Assembly: GCA_000004695.1 (NCBI GenBank)
Contig: CM000153.2
Coordinates: 4,448,001-4,512,000, forward strand
Source: Dictyostelium discoideum
Taxonomy: Eukaryota
Length of the DNA: 64,000 nt
Direction of reading: 5' to 3'
A model generated the notes under the pieces. The model had not been told where the DNA came from and ran no database searches. It saw only the letters and a list, made by a program, of their open reading frames with translations. The position numbers and the translations under genes were made by a program. This document shows, in pieces, positions 15,829-28,631 of the stretch (the stretch's first letter is position 1; every line of letters starts with the position of its first letter).

Positions 15829-15868
<40 letters not shown>

Positions 15869-16133
15869 TTTTTTTTTATTTTTTTTTTATTTTTTTTTTT
15901 TTTTTTCCCATTTTTTTTTTTATTTTTTAATTAATTGAAAACCTTCTTTATTTATTTTTTACTAGAAAAAAAAAAAAAAAAAAAAAAAAAAATGGAAACT
16001 GGAAATTTAAAAATTAAATTGGAATGATTTAAATGTTTTTTATTTTTATTTATTTTTTAATTTTATTTTTTTGAAATTAATAATAAATTATTAATTTTGT
16101 GTAATAATTGAGAATAAAATAATAATTATTATT

Positions 16134-17961
16134 TTATTCTCTTTTTTTTAATTGAATTGAAAAATCTTTTGGGTGAATTGTAATTCCAAAAACTTCAGTT
16201 TCGTCAATCTTTTTTCCACCATTTGAAAACTCAAAATTTAATAAAATATTTGAGCAAGCTAAAAATAAATTAATTTCACTAATGATATTACCTGGGCAAT
16301 TACGTGGACCAATAGAGAATGGTAAAACTACTTTATCCAAATCATTTGGTAATATTTCAGTTGTAATATTTGATTTTGTTTCAGTTGTAGCCTCCATTTC
16401 TCTAGTTGGGGTTTTATTTTTATAATATTCAACCCATCTTTCTGGTTTATAACTTGATGGATCATCAACAAAGTTTTGACCAATACCATATAGATTTGGA
16501 ACGATTTGAGTACCTTTTGGAATAAATATACCACCTGATGTCATAAAATCCTCTTCCGAAACTCTAATTAAACTCAATGGTGCTGGAGTACGCATTCTAA
16601 GGGTTTCTTTAATTGCACCAACTAAATATGGACAATCATCTCTATATTTAGTAGTTACAGCTTTACAATCTTTTCCAACAACTGAAATTAATTCTTCATA
16701 TGCTTTCTTTTGAATTTCTGGATTATTTGCTAAGAAAATACAAAACCATTCAAGTGTACTTGCATTTGTATCACTTCCAGCTAATAAGAAATCCTTATTA
16801 TTAAAATTATTTATTTTAATTAATATTTTTTTTCATTTATTATTTATTATTTATTTTAATTGTATACTTACAGTTGAAACATGAATTACCATATCTTTTT
16901 CTTTACCACCAGTTGAAATAATTAATTGATCCATTAAATCTCTTGGATTTGATTCATCAAGATTTTTAATATGTTCATTATATATTTCTTCCAAGAATGT
17001 ATAAACTTTTTTAGTATCTTGTTCTAACTTTTTATTTTTAAAATAAAAAAATGGTTGTGTATACCAAACATAATCACCAAGATTTCCAGATCCAAGATTT
17101 TCCAAAATATTATAAAATGGTATTATTAATTGTGAAATTGGTCCTTCTTCAACACTTTCATTTTCACTAATTGTTTTACTGAATCCAATACTCATAACAA
17201 TATTCATTGTATATTTGTTATAATATTTATGTGGGAAAAACTATAATTTAAAAATAAATATTAAATTTTAATATATATGTGAGTTTTAATATTTTTAAGA
17301 TAATAATTATACTACTACTACTACTACTTACAGGTTCACCACTTTTTGCATAATATTGCATCGAATTAATTAAAAAGTTAGCTTGTTCTTCGATTAAAGT
17401 TATTACATTTAAAACTTTTGTTTTTGTGAGTGCAGCAGAAACATATCTACGTCTATTTTTCCATGATTCACCAACTGAAAATGATATATCAACTAGATTT
17501 CCACTATAAATTCTAATAGATTCTGATGAAGCTCTATTATAAAAATTTAAATGATTTTTAACATATAATTCACGAAGTATATTTGGGTCTGTTATGACCA
17601 TTGATCTTTCATCACCCATCCATAATGTAAAAATTCCACCAAATTTCTTTGCTAATTCTGTTAAAGAACGATGTGGTTGACTTCCAAATAAATGTAAATG
17701 TCCTAATACTGGAATTGCCAATGGTTGCTTTGGATCATTTTTACTAATTTTTTTATTCTTTTTTGTCTATTAATTTAAAAAATAAAGATTAAAAAAAAAA
17801 AATAAAAAAAAAATAAAATAAAATATTTTAATTAAAAAAACAAATAAATATAGATTTTAAAAATAAAAATAATAATAAAGTAATAATTATTTTTAAAACT
17901 TACAAAATCATAGGCTAATAAACCAATTAATAAATATAAAATTATTAAGCCAATTCCCATT
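16134..17961 (-). CDS. Cytochrome P450 monooxygenase, about 506 aa. Exons on the minus strand: 17905..17961, 17332..17766, 16872..17240, 16134..16793.
   Basis: N-terminal membrane anchor MGIGLIILYLLIGLLAYDF, then a Pro-rich hinge …PKQPLAIPVLGHLHLFG…. I-helix motif FLLAGSDTNASTLEW, K-helix ETLRMRTP, and the heme-binding signature PFSIGPRNCPGNIISEINLF near the C-terminus. All three introns begin GTAAGT and end (T)nAG. Confidence 0.85.
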
Positions 17962-18348
17962 TTTATAGTATATTTGTTATAAATAAATGTTTTTTTTTTT
18001 AATTTTTTTTTTTTTTTAATGATTAAATAGTTTTTTTTTTTTTTTTTTTTTGAAAAAAAGATTTTATTTTTGAAAACAAAAAAAAAAAAAAAAAATCAAA
18101 ATATCATTTGGTGTAACCCAAAAGTAAATTAATTGAAAAAATTATTTTTAATCAATACGTTTTTTTCATTTAAAATCTTTATTTTTTGTTGATTTTTTTT
18201 TTTTTTTTTTTTTTTTATTTGCACGATACTGGATAATTTATCTTTAATTTTAGGGGGTTTAATATAGCCATGGTTAAAAATTATTTGATTTACAATTTGT
18301 TTAATTTTTTTACTAGAATCCTATGTTTTAAAGGACGATAAATATAAA

Positions 18349-18410
<62 letters not shown>

Positions 18411-18915
18411 TAATAAAAGATATTAATAAATTAAAATAAAATCTTTTTTTCAAAAAAAAACCCACCGTAATTTCTATTAAAAAATAAAAAGGTGTTGAGA
18501 TTTTACAAGATTTAAAAAAATAAAAAAAAATAAAAATTTCCAATGAGATATTATTAAATAAACCGAAATATTTTTTTATTTTTAATTTTTTTTTAATATT
18601 TAGAAAAATCTATTATTCCCACCAGTCAAAAAATTTTTGATTATTTAAAAAACCTTGGTGCAAAATTTTTTTGATTGGTCGAATTAATTTAAATTCTATT
18701 AAATTATAATTTTTTTTTTTTTGAAATAAATAAATTCAACAATTTTCATCAATTCTTTTTAAAAATTGAATTATAGGAATTTGTGTAAAGTCCTCATTTT
18801 ACAACATTTTATAAAATGATAAAAAAAAAAAAAAAAAAAAAAAAAAAGATAAAAATAAAATAAAAAAAAAATAAAAATAAATTACATGTTTTAAATATTA
18901 TTATTTTATTATTTA

Positions 18916-19904
18916 TTATTTTATTACTTTATCTAAACAATTATTTTTAAAATTGTTTAATAATTGTTCTTTATATGGTATAATATCAGAATAATCTTGA
19001 ATATATTCATTATTTTCGTGAATGAATTGAGTTAATGTAACTTTTAAAAATTGTTGTTTATATTGGCTTAATAATTTTGAATGATTTGAATATGGTGATT
19101 GTTGTTGATAATTACTATTATTATTATTAGTGGGTTTCATTAATTCACCTATAATCTTTCTACAATGTAAATCAAATTGATGAATTATATTATTTTTTGT
19201 GATAATTTTATCATTTTCTTTCTTTTGGTCAAATTGTAATAATTCTTCATTATCATAATGTTGTTGTTGTAAAGTATTTAATTTTTTAAAATTATAAAAT
19301 TTATTTTTAATATCTTTTAAAATTAATTTAATTTGATTATTATCAGAATCATTAAAATTAAAATCAAAATTAAAAAATAATGTATTTTCTTTTTCCCAAT
19401 TATTTTTATCTAAATTTGGTTGTTCAAATAAGTCATTCATTTTTTCAATTCCTTCATCATCTACATTATTTTTAATTAATCTTTTATTATTTAATTCTTT
19501 TGATTTCTTTAAATCATTTGGGAAATAAATTTGACAATACCTAATATCCTCCTCTTGTTCCTTATTATTATTATTACTACTATTATATGTAAGTTGATAA
19601 AATTTATATCTCATACTCTTATAATACATATTATCATCTAAAATGAATAAATTTAAAATATCATTATTATTATCATCATCATTAATATTATTATTACTAT
19701 TATTATTATTATTATAATGGTAAGATTTTTTTGGTTTGAATTGATTTAGTAAAATAATTTTTTGATTTGAATTATTTGTAATATTATAAATTTGGTTATA
19801 AACTTCCACTCTAGTTGGTTTCCAATTTTCTATTGAACTATTATTTAATGAACCATTTATATTTAAAAATATTTTATCATATTCAATGTGATAAATGTTG
19901 ATAA

Positions 19905-20003
<99 letters not shown>

Positions 20004-20184
20004 TATTAATTAATTCTTTTAAAGTATCTTGGTCTTCATTTATTATTAATTCAATTAATTTATTTGAAAAATATGTTTTACCACATGCTGGTAAACCAAA
20101 TAAAATTAATAATAAATTAATTGTTTGAAAATTTGTAATTTTATTATTATTATTATTACTATTTCTATTATTATCAATGTTCAT
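18916..20184 (-). CDS. pstk: O-phosphoseryl-tRNA(Sec) kinase (PSTK)-like P-loop kinase, 422 aa, single exon. It contains a long poly-Asn insert.
   Basis: Walker A LLLILFGLPACGKTYFSNKL (human PSTK LCVLCGLPAAGKSTFARAL). ILDDNMYYKSMRYKFYQL (human VLDDNFYYQSMRYEVYQL). The (AAT)n run at 19895-20000 encodes about 31 consecutive Asn residues. Confidence 0.8.
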
Positions 20185-20375
20185 TCAATATATATAAAAT
20201 TAAATAAAAAGTGAGGAAAATTTCATTTTTTTTAATTTTTTTTTTTTTTGGCACTATTGATTTTTTTTTTTTTTATTTTTTTTTATTTTTTTTTATTTTT
20301 TTTTTTTTTATTTTTTTTTTATATTTTTTTAATTTTTTTTTTTTTTTACACAAATACATATACAAACATAATAAA

Positions 20376-20722
20376 ATGGTTGGAATTAATAAACCAGAAC
20401 CATTCGGAACAGGTATCAACGTTCCATATAAATTACAAAAAGTTCAATATTTTAGAGAAAATTTCCAAGCATTTTTCAAATTTACCCCAAAAATCGTTCT
20501 TAATTTAGTTGTTTTAGTTGGTGTTGTCCCATTAACTTGGATGTTTTTAGGTCAAGTTCAACAAGTAAGTCAATAAAAAATAAAAATAAAAAATAAAACC
20601 AATTTATCTGTATTACCTTTTTGGTTATTATTTATTCTAATTAATAATAATAATAATAATAATATTTTTTTATATTATAGGATCAAAAGGTTATTGTCAA
20701 TCGTAAAGCAAGAGAACAATAA
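20376..20722 (+). CDS. Small (76 aa) single-pass membrane protein, two exons 20376..20564 and 20681..20722. Function unknown.
   Basis: ATG then MVGINKPEPFGTGINVPYKLQKVQYFRENFQAFFKFTPKIVLNLVVLVGVVPLTWMFLGQVQQ | GTAAGT…(T/A-rich)…TATAG | DQKVIVNRKAREQ*. One hydrophobic helix. The gene is divergently arranged with PSTK across a 191-bp intergenic region. Codon composition is coding-like. Confidence 0.55.
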
Positions 20723-20817
20723 ATAAATAAAAATAAAATATAATATAGGAAATGAATAAACGATTAATAGTAATAATATATTAAAATTAAAAAAAAAGAA
20801 GAAAAAAAAAATAAAAT

Positions 20818-20848
<31 letters not shown>

Positions 20849-20952
20849 GTTATATATGTTAAAAACAAAGAATACAATTCTCGATTTATATGTTTTATTT
20901 TTGAAAAAAAAAAAAATAAATAAATAAATAAATAAAAAAGCTAAATGAAAAA

Positions 20953-21799
20953 TTATGGTGTGGATTTAAATTTTAATATAGTTTCAACACCATTTAGATT
21001 GGATTCAATTAAAGTTCGATTTTTACAAATCTTTTCACAAGTTGTTAAAATAGTTTTTGAAAATTCTTTAAATTGTTCATACACTGTTTGCCATGGTACT
21101 TGATATGGTAGCTGATCACCATTATCTTCTTCTCCTTCTTCGTTTTCTTTTTCTTTTTCTTTTTCTTTTTCTTTTTCTTTTTCTTTTTCTTTTTCTTTTT
21201 CTTTTTCTTTTTCTTCATTTTCAGATTTGTTCTCTTTTTCATTTTTATCTTCATCTTTAATTATACTTGTAAGTTTTTGTTGTTGTTGTTGTTGTTTATT
21301 TTGAACTTGATTTTTTAATTTTAATCCATATTGTTTTGTTGACGAAATGATTGTCGATTGAAAAAGTTGACAAATCATAATTACAAATACTTCAATCTCA
21401 CCGATTGGACTCTCTAGATTTAAATAGTTTGTGTCATTATCATCATTTTGATTATCATGATAATTGTAGCTATCATAGAATTGATCATCAGAGGATGGAG
21501 TTTTACTACAGTGTTTTATTGCTTTTGTACTGATTTTCTTAAACCATGGTGTTAACTCTTCGATCAATTCTTTAGTTCCACCTCTTTTTCTTTTATTAAA
21601 TCCAACAAATTCATTACCTGAACCAGTTGGATAAAAATATTCTAACATTCCTTTCAATAATTTAGTTTTTTCATCACCAAATGGCATTAATTGACAAAAC
21701 AAAGCTCTTCTATAACATCTTTTAATATTTCTAAATCCTTGACTTATTGACGGTAATATACTATCTTCCCAACTTTTTCCACCTCTATAAATCTAAAAA

Positions 21800-21892
<93 letters not shown>

Positions 21893-22715
21893 AATGATGA
21901 CGATGATGATGATTATGAATTAATTAAATAAACTACTTACAAGTGTTACAAATTTTGACATTTCTCTTAATGTATCATGATCACAATTATCAATGATTGA
22001 CATTACTTCACTAAATAATATATGAGCTCTATTACCAACTTTAAATAAACGATGAAGTGGATGACTATCAGTGAAAGATGATGTTACCATATTCATTGAT
22101 TCATATATTGATATAAAATAAGTTGCTAAAACTTTTGAGCTTAAAAATGGTATTTTAGCAACACTATCACTTACTGTATTTACACCTCTTGAACTTGTAG
22201 CCAATGACGATGACGATAATGTTGGTGATGACTCTGTTTTTAATTTTTTACCTGCTCTTTCACCAGTGGTAGTGGTGGTGGTGGTAGTAGTAGGTGGTGA
22301 TGATGAATTTGGTCTTGATAAATGAATATTCAATGAAATGAATACTGATATAATTAAATCCCAATTCTCTAACTCAATACGATAACCTTCATCTTTTAAA
22401 CTATTCAAAACTTTAATAATATTATAAACAACTGCTGGATCATTTGATCTCTCTGATTCTAATATATCAATCATTATATTTTGAATTACTCTAAATATAT
22501 ATATATATATATAAATATTATATTTTTAAATTAGTAAATTTATAACCTTAAATATATTTATTTTAAATTTAATTTTTCACTTACAATGGCGGGTAAAATC
22601 CTTTATTTGATAGGTATGTTAAAAGTTCTGATGCTTGTACAATTTGATAATCTTCATCATCTTTAAATAAAGATGATATCGTATTACTTAAACCAACTGA
22701 AAATTCACTGTTCAT
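20953..22715 (-). CDS. Uncharacterised protein of about 506 aa with a central acidic (EK)n repeat. Exons on the minus strand: 22585..22715, 21941..22490, 20953..21792.
   Basis: MNSEFSVGLSNTISSLFKDDEDYQIVQASELLTYLSNKGFYPP | GTAAGT intron | LVIQNIMIDILESERSNDPAVVYNIIKVLNSLKDEGYRIELENWDL…KFVTL | GTAAGT intron | IYRGGKSWEDSILPSISQGFRNIKRCYRRALFCQLMPFGDEKTKLLKGMLEYFYPTGSGNEF… The (GAA/AAG)n-encoded EKEKEK run lies at 21120-21200. I could not confidently recognise a family. Confidence 0.6.
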
Positions 22716-23017
22716 TGTGGTTTATTTGTTTTGCAAATTAAAAAAAAAAAAAAAATAAAAAATTTGAAAATAAAAAAAAAAAAAGAAAAAGAAAAAGGGA
22801 GATTGAAGGGGGAAAAATAAAAAAAAGCGGCAAAATAGTTTTTTAATATTTCTAATACTTTTAATATTTTTTAACAATTGCTTTTAATATGAATTTAATA
22901 CTTTAATTAAAAAAAAATAGATAGTACCAAAATAAATAAATAGAAATTGAAAAAAAAAAAATAAAAAATAAAAAAAAAATAAAAAATTCAAAAAAACACA
23001 GTGGTTACATTCATTTT

Positions 23018-23130
23018 TTTTTATATTTTATATGATTTTGTGTATTTTTTAGTGCTCTATTTTTTTATACTAAATTCATATTAAAAACAAATAAAATTAA
23101 ATCATTGTTTAAAAAAAATAAAATAATTAA
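23018..23130 (+). promoter_or_regulatory. Conserved ~110-bp intergenic element, copy 1. The second copy is at 55972..56085, and both sit about 280-300 bp upstream of a minus-strand gene start.
   Basis: …ttgtgtattttttagtgctctatttttttatactaaattcatattaaaaacaaataaaattaaatcattg… versus …ttgtgtattttgagttattctttttttatatactaaattcatattaaaaataaaacttaatcattg…. This conservation is far above background for AT-rich intergenic DNA. Confidence 0.4.
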
Positions 23131-23380
23131 ATAAAAAAAAAAAAATAAAATAAAAAAAAAAAAAAAATGAAAATATTTCAAGTGAAGAGTTTGAAAGTTT
23201 TTTCAAATATTTTTTTCATTTTTTTTTTATTTTTTTTTTTTATTTTTTTATTTTTCATTTTTTTTTTTTTTTTTTTATTTCTAAAATCCTTTCTCTCCCT
23301 GTTTTGACATAACTCTTTTAACTTCATATTTTTCCATATTATATATATTTATATAGATAATATAAAAGAAAAAAAAAAAA

Positions 23381-24341
23381 ATGGAAGGAAGAAGTTTTTT
23401 TAGAGTATGTTTTAAATAAATTAAAAATTAATTAAAATCAATTATAATACCACTAAACTAATTATTATTATTATTCATTATATTAATATATTTATATAGG
23501 GTACATCAGCAGAGCAAGATAATAGATTTGGAGATAAACAAAAAAAGATTTTAAAATCTATGAAATTTCCACCCCATTTCAATACTAAAATTGATATGAC
23601 CAAAGTACATTTACCATCATTCAAAAAATGGATAAATAATCAAGTCATGGATATATTAAAATTTGAAGATGATATAGTTTGTGATTTTATATATGGTTTA
23701 TTAAGTGTAAGTGTTCTTTTTTTTTTTTTTTTTATTTTCTTAGACCAATAAAAAAAAAAATGAAAAATCAAACAAGAATAATTTATTCTCATTTCTTATT
23801 TTTATTTTTTTATTTTTTGTTATTTTTGTTATAATTATTATTGTTAACATAGTTTAAATTAAATAAATGAATAAATGTATTTATTTGTTTATTTTAATTT
23901 TAATTTTAATTTTATAGGAAAGTAATAATCCAGATCCAAAAACCATTCAAATTAATATAACTGGATTTTTAACCAAAGATGCAGCAAGTTTTATGGATAA
24001 ATTGTGGAAACTATTGATAAATGCACAAAATTCAATTGGTGGTATACCAGAGGAATTTTTAAAGGATGCACAATTTGCATCACAAAAAGCAAAAGAAGAA
24101 GAGAATAGGATTAAACAAGCAATTGATAAAACTAAACAAAAGATTGAACAATCCAATTCAACTGTCAATAATTTTAATATTAGAAATCCAACTTATCAAC
24201 CACCATTACATCAGCAACAACCACAACAACCACAACAACAACCAATTAATTATGGTTTACAACAACCACAACCACAAAAAAGATTTACTGATCATCCACC
24301 ACCATACCCACCACCTCAAACAATTGCAAAAACAATAACTC

Positions 24342-24379
<38 letters not shown>

Positions 24380-25325
24380 CCAAATAATGTACAAATACCA
24401 TCACAAGCAAAAATACCACAAAATACAACAACAACAACAACAGCAACAGGTGTAATACCAGTAAAAACAGAGATTAATATTGATCCAAGTTTAGATTTAA
24501 AAGGTTCAAGAAAGAATAGAACTGAATATAAAGATAGAGATAGAGAAAGGGAAAGAGAGAAAGAAAGAGACTATAGAGAAAAGGAAAGAGAAAGAGATAG
24601 AGAAAGAGATAGAGACAGAGAAAGAGATAGAGAAAGGGAAAGAGATTTAAGAGATAGAGAATATAAAACTCGTGATTACTATCATGATAGTAGAGATTAT
24701 CGTGATGACAGAGACCTTTATGATAGTAGAGATTATAGAGATAGTAGAGACTATAGAAGTAGTAGAGACTATCGTGATGATAGAGATTATCGTGATAATA
24801 GGGATTATTATAGCAGCAGTAGCAGTAGCAGTAGCAGCAGTGGTAGAGATAGAGATAGAGACTATAGAGATAGTAGAGACTATAGAAGTAGTAGAGATTA
24901 TCGTGATAGAGATTATCACAGTAGCAGTAGTAGTTTAAGCAGTCGAGATAGAGACCATCGTAGTAGTAGAGATCATCATCATTATTCATCTTCCTCCTCA
25001 TCATCATCATCATCTTTAAGAAGAGATAGAAGTAGATCAAGAACTCCAGAATATCGTGATAGAAGTAAAAGCAGATCAAGAAGCAGAAATAGAAGTAAAA
25101 GTAATGATAGAAAACAAAATAAAAACACAAGTAGAAGTAGATCAAGAAGTAATAGTAATAGTAATAGTGGTGGTAGTCGTAGTAGAAGTAGAGATAGAAA
25201 TAAAATTAGTGATAGATCTCCATCTAGAAGTAGAAGTAATGAAAAAAGGTTTAGAAGTCCTTCTCCCTCAAATAATAATAATAATGAAATTAATAATAAT
25301 AATAATAATAATAATACTAATGGCG

Positions 25326-25387
<62 letters not shown>

Positions 25388-25498
25388 TATAATGAAGATT
25401 CTAATAATGATGAAAATGATAGCGATAGCAGAAAAACTAAAAAACCAAAATCACTAAATATTTATAGTGATGATGATTTTGATGATAAATCAAATTGA
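23381..25498 (+). CDS. SRRM1/SRm160-like PWI-domain splicing coactivator (RS/RD-rich). Exons 23381..23404, 23500..23706, 23918..25498.
   Basis: MEGRSFFR|GTSAEQDNRFGDKQKKILKSMKFPPHFNTKIDMTKVHLPSFKKWINNQVMDILKFEDDIVCDFIYGLLS|ESNNPDPKTIQINITGFLTKDAASFMDKLWKLLINAQNSIGGIPEEFL aligns almost residue-for-residue with the human SRRM1 N-terminus (MDAGFFRGTSAEQDNRFSNKQKKLLKQLKFAECLEKKVDMSKVNLEVIKPWITKRVTEILGFEDDVVIEFIFNQLEVKNPDSKMMQINLTGFL…). The C-terminal 300 aa are RDRDRER/RSRS repeats plus poly-Asn. Donors are GTATGT/GTAAGT. Confidence 0.85.
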
Positions 25499-25627
25499 TA
25501 TACCATAAAAAAAAAAAAAAAAAATAAAAAATAAATCCGATAAAATTTCATCAATATATACTTTTACAATTTTGTATATTTTATTATTATTTATTTATTT
25601 ATCTATTATTTATTATTATTTATTTAT

Positions 25628-26491
25628 TTATAATCTTGAATGTGATCTTTTAATTGTACCTTCGATTAAACCTGATGGTTCTTCAACTGGTTGGAAAACA
25701 GTTTGATTATTTTCAATATTTAAACGTGAGAAATCGAAACCAAAAGCATGTTTATTTGGAAGGGAAAGGTGGACTTGTTCAACTTGTGGTACTTTGGAGA
25801 TGACATCTTTGGCAATGAGGAAGAGGGTCTCTTGAACGGAACGAGAGTAAGTTTGAGCAAAGATATCGAATACAGAGAGTTTGAATTGTTCAAATACTTT
25901 TGAATAATCTACAGACAATGTATTGTAAGTCCAATTTGCAGTAACTACAGTTGCAAAGACTCTATCTTTGGTCTCTTTCAATGAGGTGTATTTGTCACGG
26001 TGGAAACCTTCGAATCCGCTTTGAGTGGTTTTCATAATCAAAAGATCGTCAATACCAGAGACAACCACTGGTGATTTGTCACGAGATGATGTCACTGTAA
26101 CCGAATGGATCTCTCTATCACGTTGGAATGAATGAGCTTGTTCCTTGCCATTGGAGGTCTTAATACGACGCCATTGATTCTCACGCATGACAACCTCAAC
26201 TCCGTTTACCCATGAATAGGTGGCTAAAAAGTGTTTACCCAATAAAATACCATACTCTTCTAAACTCTTGAATTCTTCTTTTTGTGCAATCACATAGACT
26301 GTATTCTTCATGGTATCTGTGGCTACAACTTTACTATTGTCCCCGGTTAAATAGGTCTCTGAGAATTCGGCTCCCCTTAATAATACACGACAATCGAAAT
26401 CAAATACTTTATGATATTCATTTGGTCCTTTAAATACTCTTAATACACGAACTCTTGCTTTACCATATCTATTATCAATTAATGTTGCCAT
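25628..26491 (-). CDS. uox: Urate oxidase (uricase), 287 aa, single exon, peroxisomal (C-terminal SRL = PTS1).
   Basis: MATLIDNRYGKARVRVLRV…, the tunnel-fold uricase T-fold pattern (…YGKARVRV…, VLLRGAEF, TDTMKNTVY, …NSxVVATDTMKN…, …HVHLSLPNKH…). The sequence ends …KRSHSRL*. Confidence 0.9.
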   Translation of the reverse strand: MATLIDNRYGKARVRVLRVFKGPNEYHKVFDFDCRVLLRGAEFSETYLTGDNSKVVATDTMKNTVYVIAQKEEFKSLEEYGILLGKHFLATYSWVNGVEVVMRENQWRRIKTSNGKEQAHSFQRDREIHSVTVTSSRDKSPVVVSGIDDLLIMKTTQSGFEGFHRDKYTSLKETKDRVFATVVTANWTYNTLSVDYSKVFEQFKLSVFDIFAQTYSRSVQETLFLIAKDVISKVPQVEQVHLSLPNKHAFGFDFSRLNIENNQTVFQPVEEPSGLIEGTIKRSHSRL

Positions 26492-27324
26492 TTTTATTTT
26501 ATTTTATTTTATTTTTTTTTATTCTTTTAATAATTTATTTTACTTTGTTTAATTTAATTTTATTTTTTTTTTTTTTTTTTTTTCCAAATTTGGTAATTAA
26601 TTGAAAAAAAAAAAAAAAAAATTAATATTTTATTATTTTATATAAACATTTAAAAATGATAATATAGAATTGAAATTTACCTACAAACTATTTATTTAAA
26701 ATGAAAAAAAAAAAAAAAAAATCAATTTATAAAGTGTTTTTAAAGGAGATATTTTTTTTTTTAATAATATTTTCATTTTTTTTTTTTTTTTTTAATTTTT
26801 TTTTTAATTTTTTTTTTGTAATTTCATATTAAAAAAATCAAAAAGGAATATTTCAAAATTTTATTAATTATTATAACTAAAATTCAAGATAATTTTCGTG
26901 TTGCTACTCTATCGTAAATCAAATTGATTATTATAGAAAAAACAAATTGATGGTGATCTAATTTTTATTCATTGTTGATTATTATTATAAAAATAAATTG
27001 TTAAGAAAATTAAAAATTTTTAAAAAAAAAATAATTAAAAATAAAACAAAATTAAAATAAAAATGAGAAAAAAAAAATGTTTTATTTGACATTTAAAAAA
27101 ATAAAATAAATAAAAAATATTATAAAATAAAATAATAAAATAATGGAGTAAAAAAATAAATTAAAAATAAAATAAAATAAAATAAAAACTCAAAGTTTCT
27201 TTATTGATAAAAAAAAAAAAAAAATAATCAAAATTTAAGGATTATGAAATTGTGAATTTGGTTCCATATCACAAAGAATTTTGAAAAAAAATAAAATATG
27301 GATTAAGAAACTAAATCAGGAAAG

Positions 27325-27388
<64 letters not shown>

Positions 27389-27449
27389 AAATTTAAAATT
27401 TTTTTTTTTCAAAATTTTTTTTTCAATTTTTATTTATTTTTATTTTTAT

Positions 27450-27499
<50 letters not shown>

Positions 27500-28044
27500 A
27501 TAATCATAAACGTACAATTATAATATAAAAACAATCACACATTTTGTAATAGTAGTAACAGTTTTATTTAAATATATAGGTAAAAAAACCGTAACATAAA
27601 GGAAAAGAAAAACATATAATAGGATGTATTTCTTTTTTTTTTTTTTTTTTTTTTCCCAACAACCTTTTTTTTTTATTTAAAAATATTATTTTTTTTTTTT
27701 TTTTTTGTTTATTTTTTTTTTCTTTGTTATATTTTTAAAAATGATCCTTTGGATTATCATTATAATAATAAGAAAGCAAGCAACATTAATTTTTTTTTTT
27801 TTTTTATAATTTTTTTTTTTTTTTTTTGTGGTCATTAAATTGTAAAGTGTGTTGTGTTGTGTTGTTTTTTTGTTTTATTTTTTTTTTTTATTTTTTTTTT
27901 TTATATATTATTTTTATATTTCAATTGTATCACATAGTGGGGAATTAATTGTATATCTTAATATTTTTTTTTATTATATTTTTAATTTTTTTTTTTTTTT
28001 TTTTTTTTTTTCTCCTTCTTTCCTAAACAAATAGAACACTATTA

Positions 28045-28107
<63 letters not shown>

Positions 28108-28217
28108 AAATATTATAGGATTTCTTTTTTTTTTTTTTTTTTTCACCAACCAATTAATACAAATCATATATCAATACGACGAATATAAATTCAAATTTGT
28201 AAAATATAAAAACTAAG

Positions 28218-28557
28218 ATGGCAAGCAAAAAAGGTGATCCAGAAGAACTCTATGTCAGACAAGAGAAGATTGGTAAAGGTTCATTTGGTGAAGTATTCAA
28301 AGGGTATATATCTACTTGGATAAATAATAAATGATTTTATAGTTTATAATGATGATATTGGTGACGATGATAACGATAATAATGTAGTTAAAGAATAGTT
28401 ATAAATGATGATAATGGCAATGATAATAGGAAAATAGTATAAAATAATAAAATAAAAATAATAATGATGGTTTTGATAATTGATTTGAGGATGATAATAC
28501 TGATGATAATACTGATGATGATGATGATAATAATGATGACGATAATGATGATGATAG

Positions 28558-28631
<74 letters not shown>

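Noticed and set aside
24474-25145. Minus-strand ORFs (223 aa, 90 aa, 88 aa) overlapping the SRRM1-like gene
   Set aside because: They are antisense read-throughs of the RD/RS/poly-Ser repeat region and have low-complexity Tyr/Leu/Phe or Ile/Val composition. The sense strand carries a clearly homologous PWI/RS protein.
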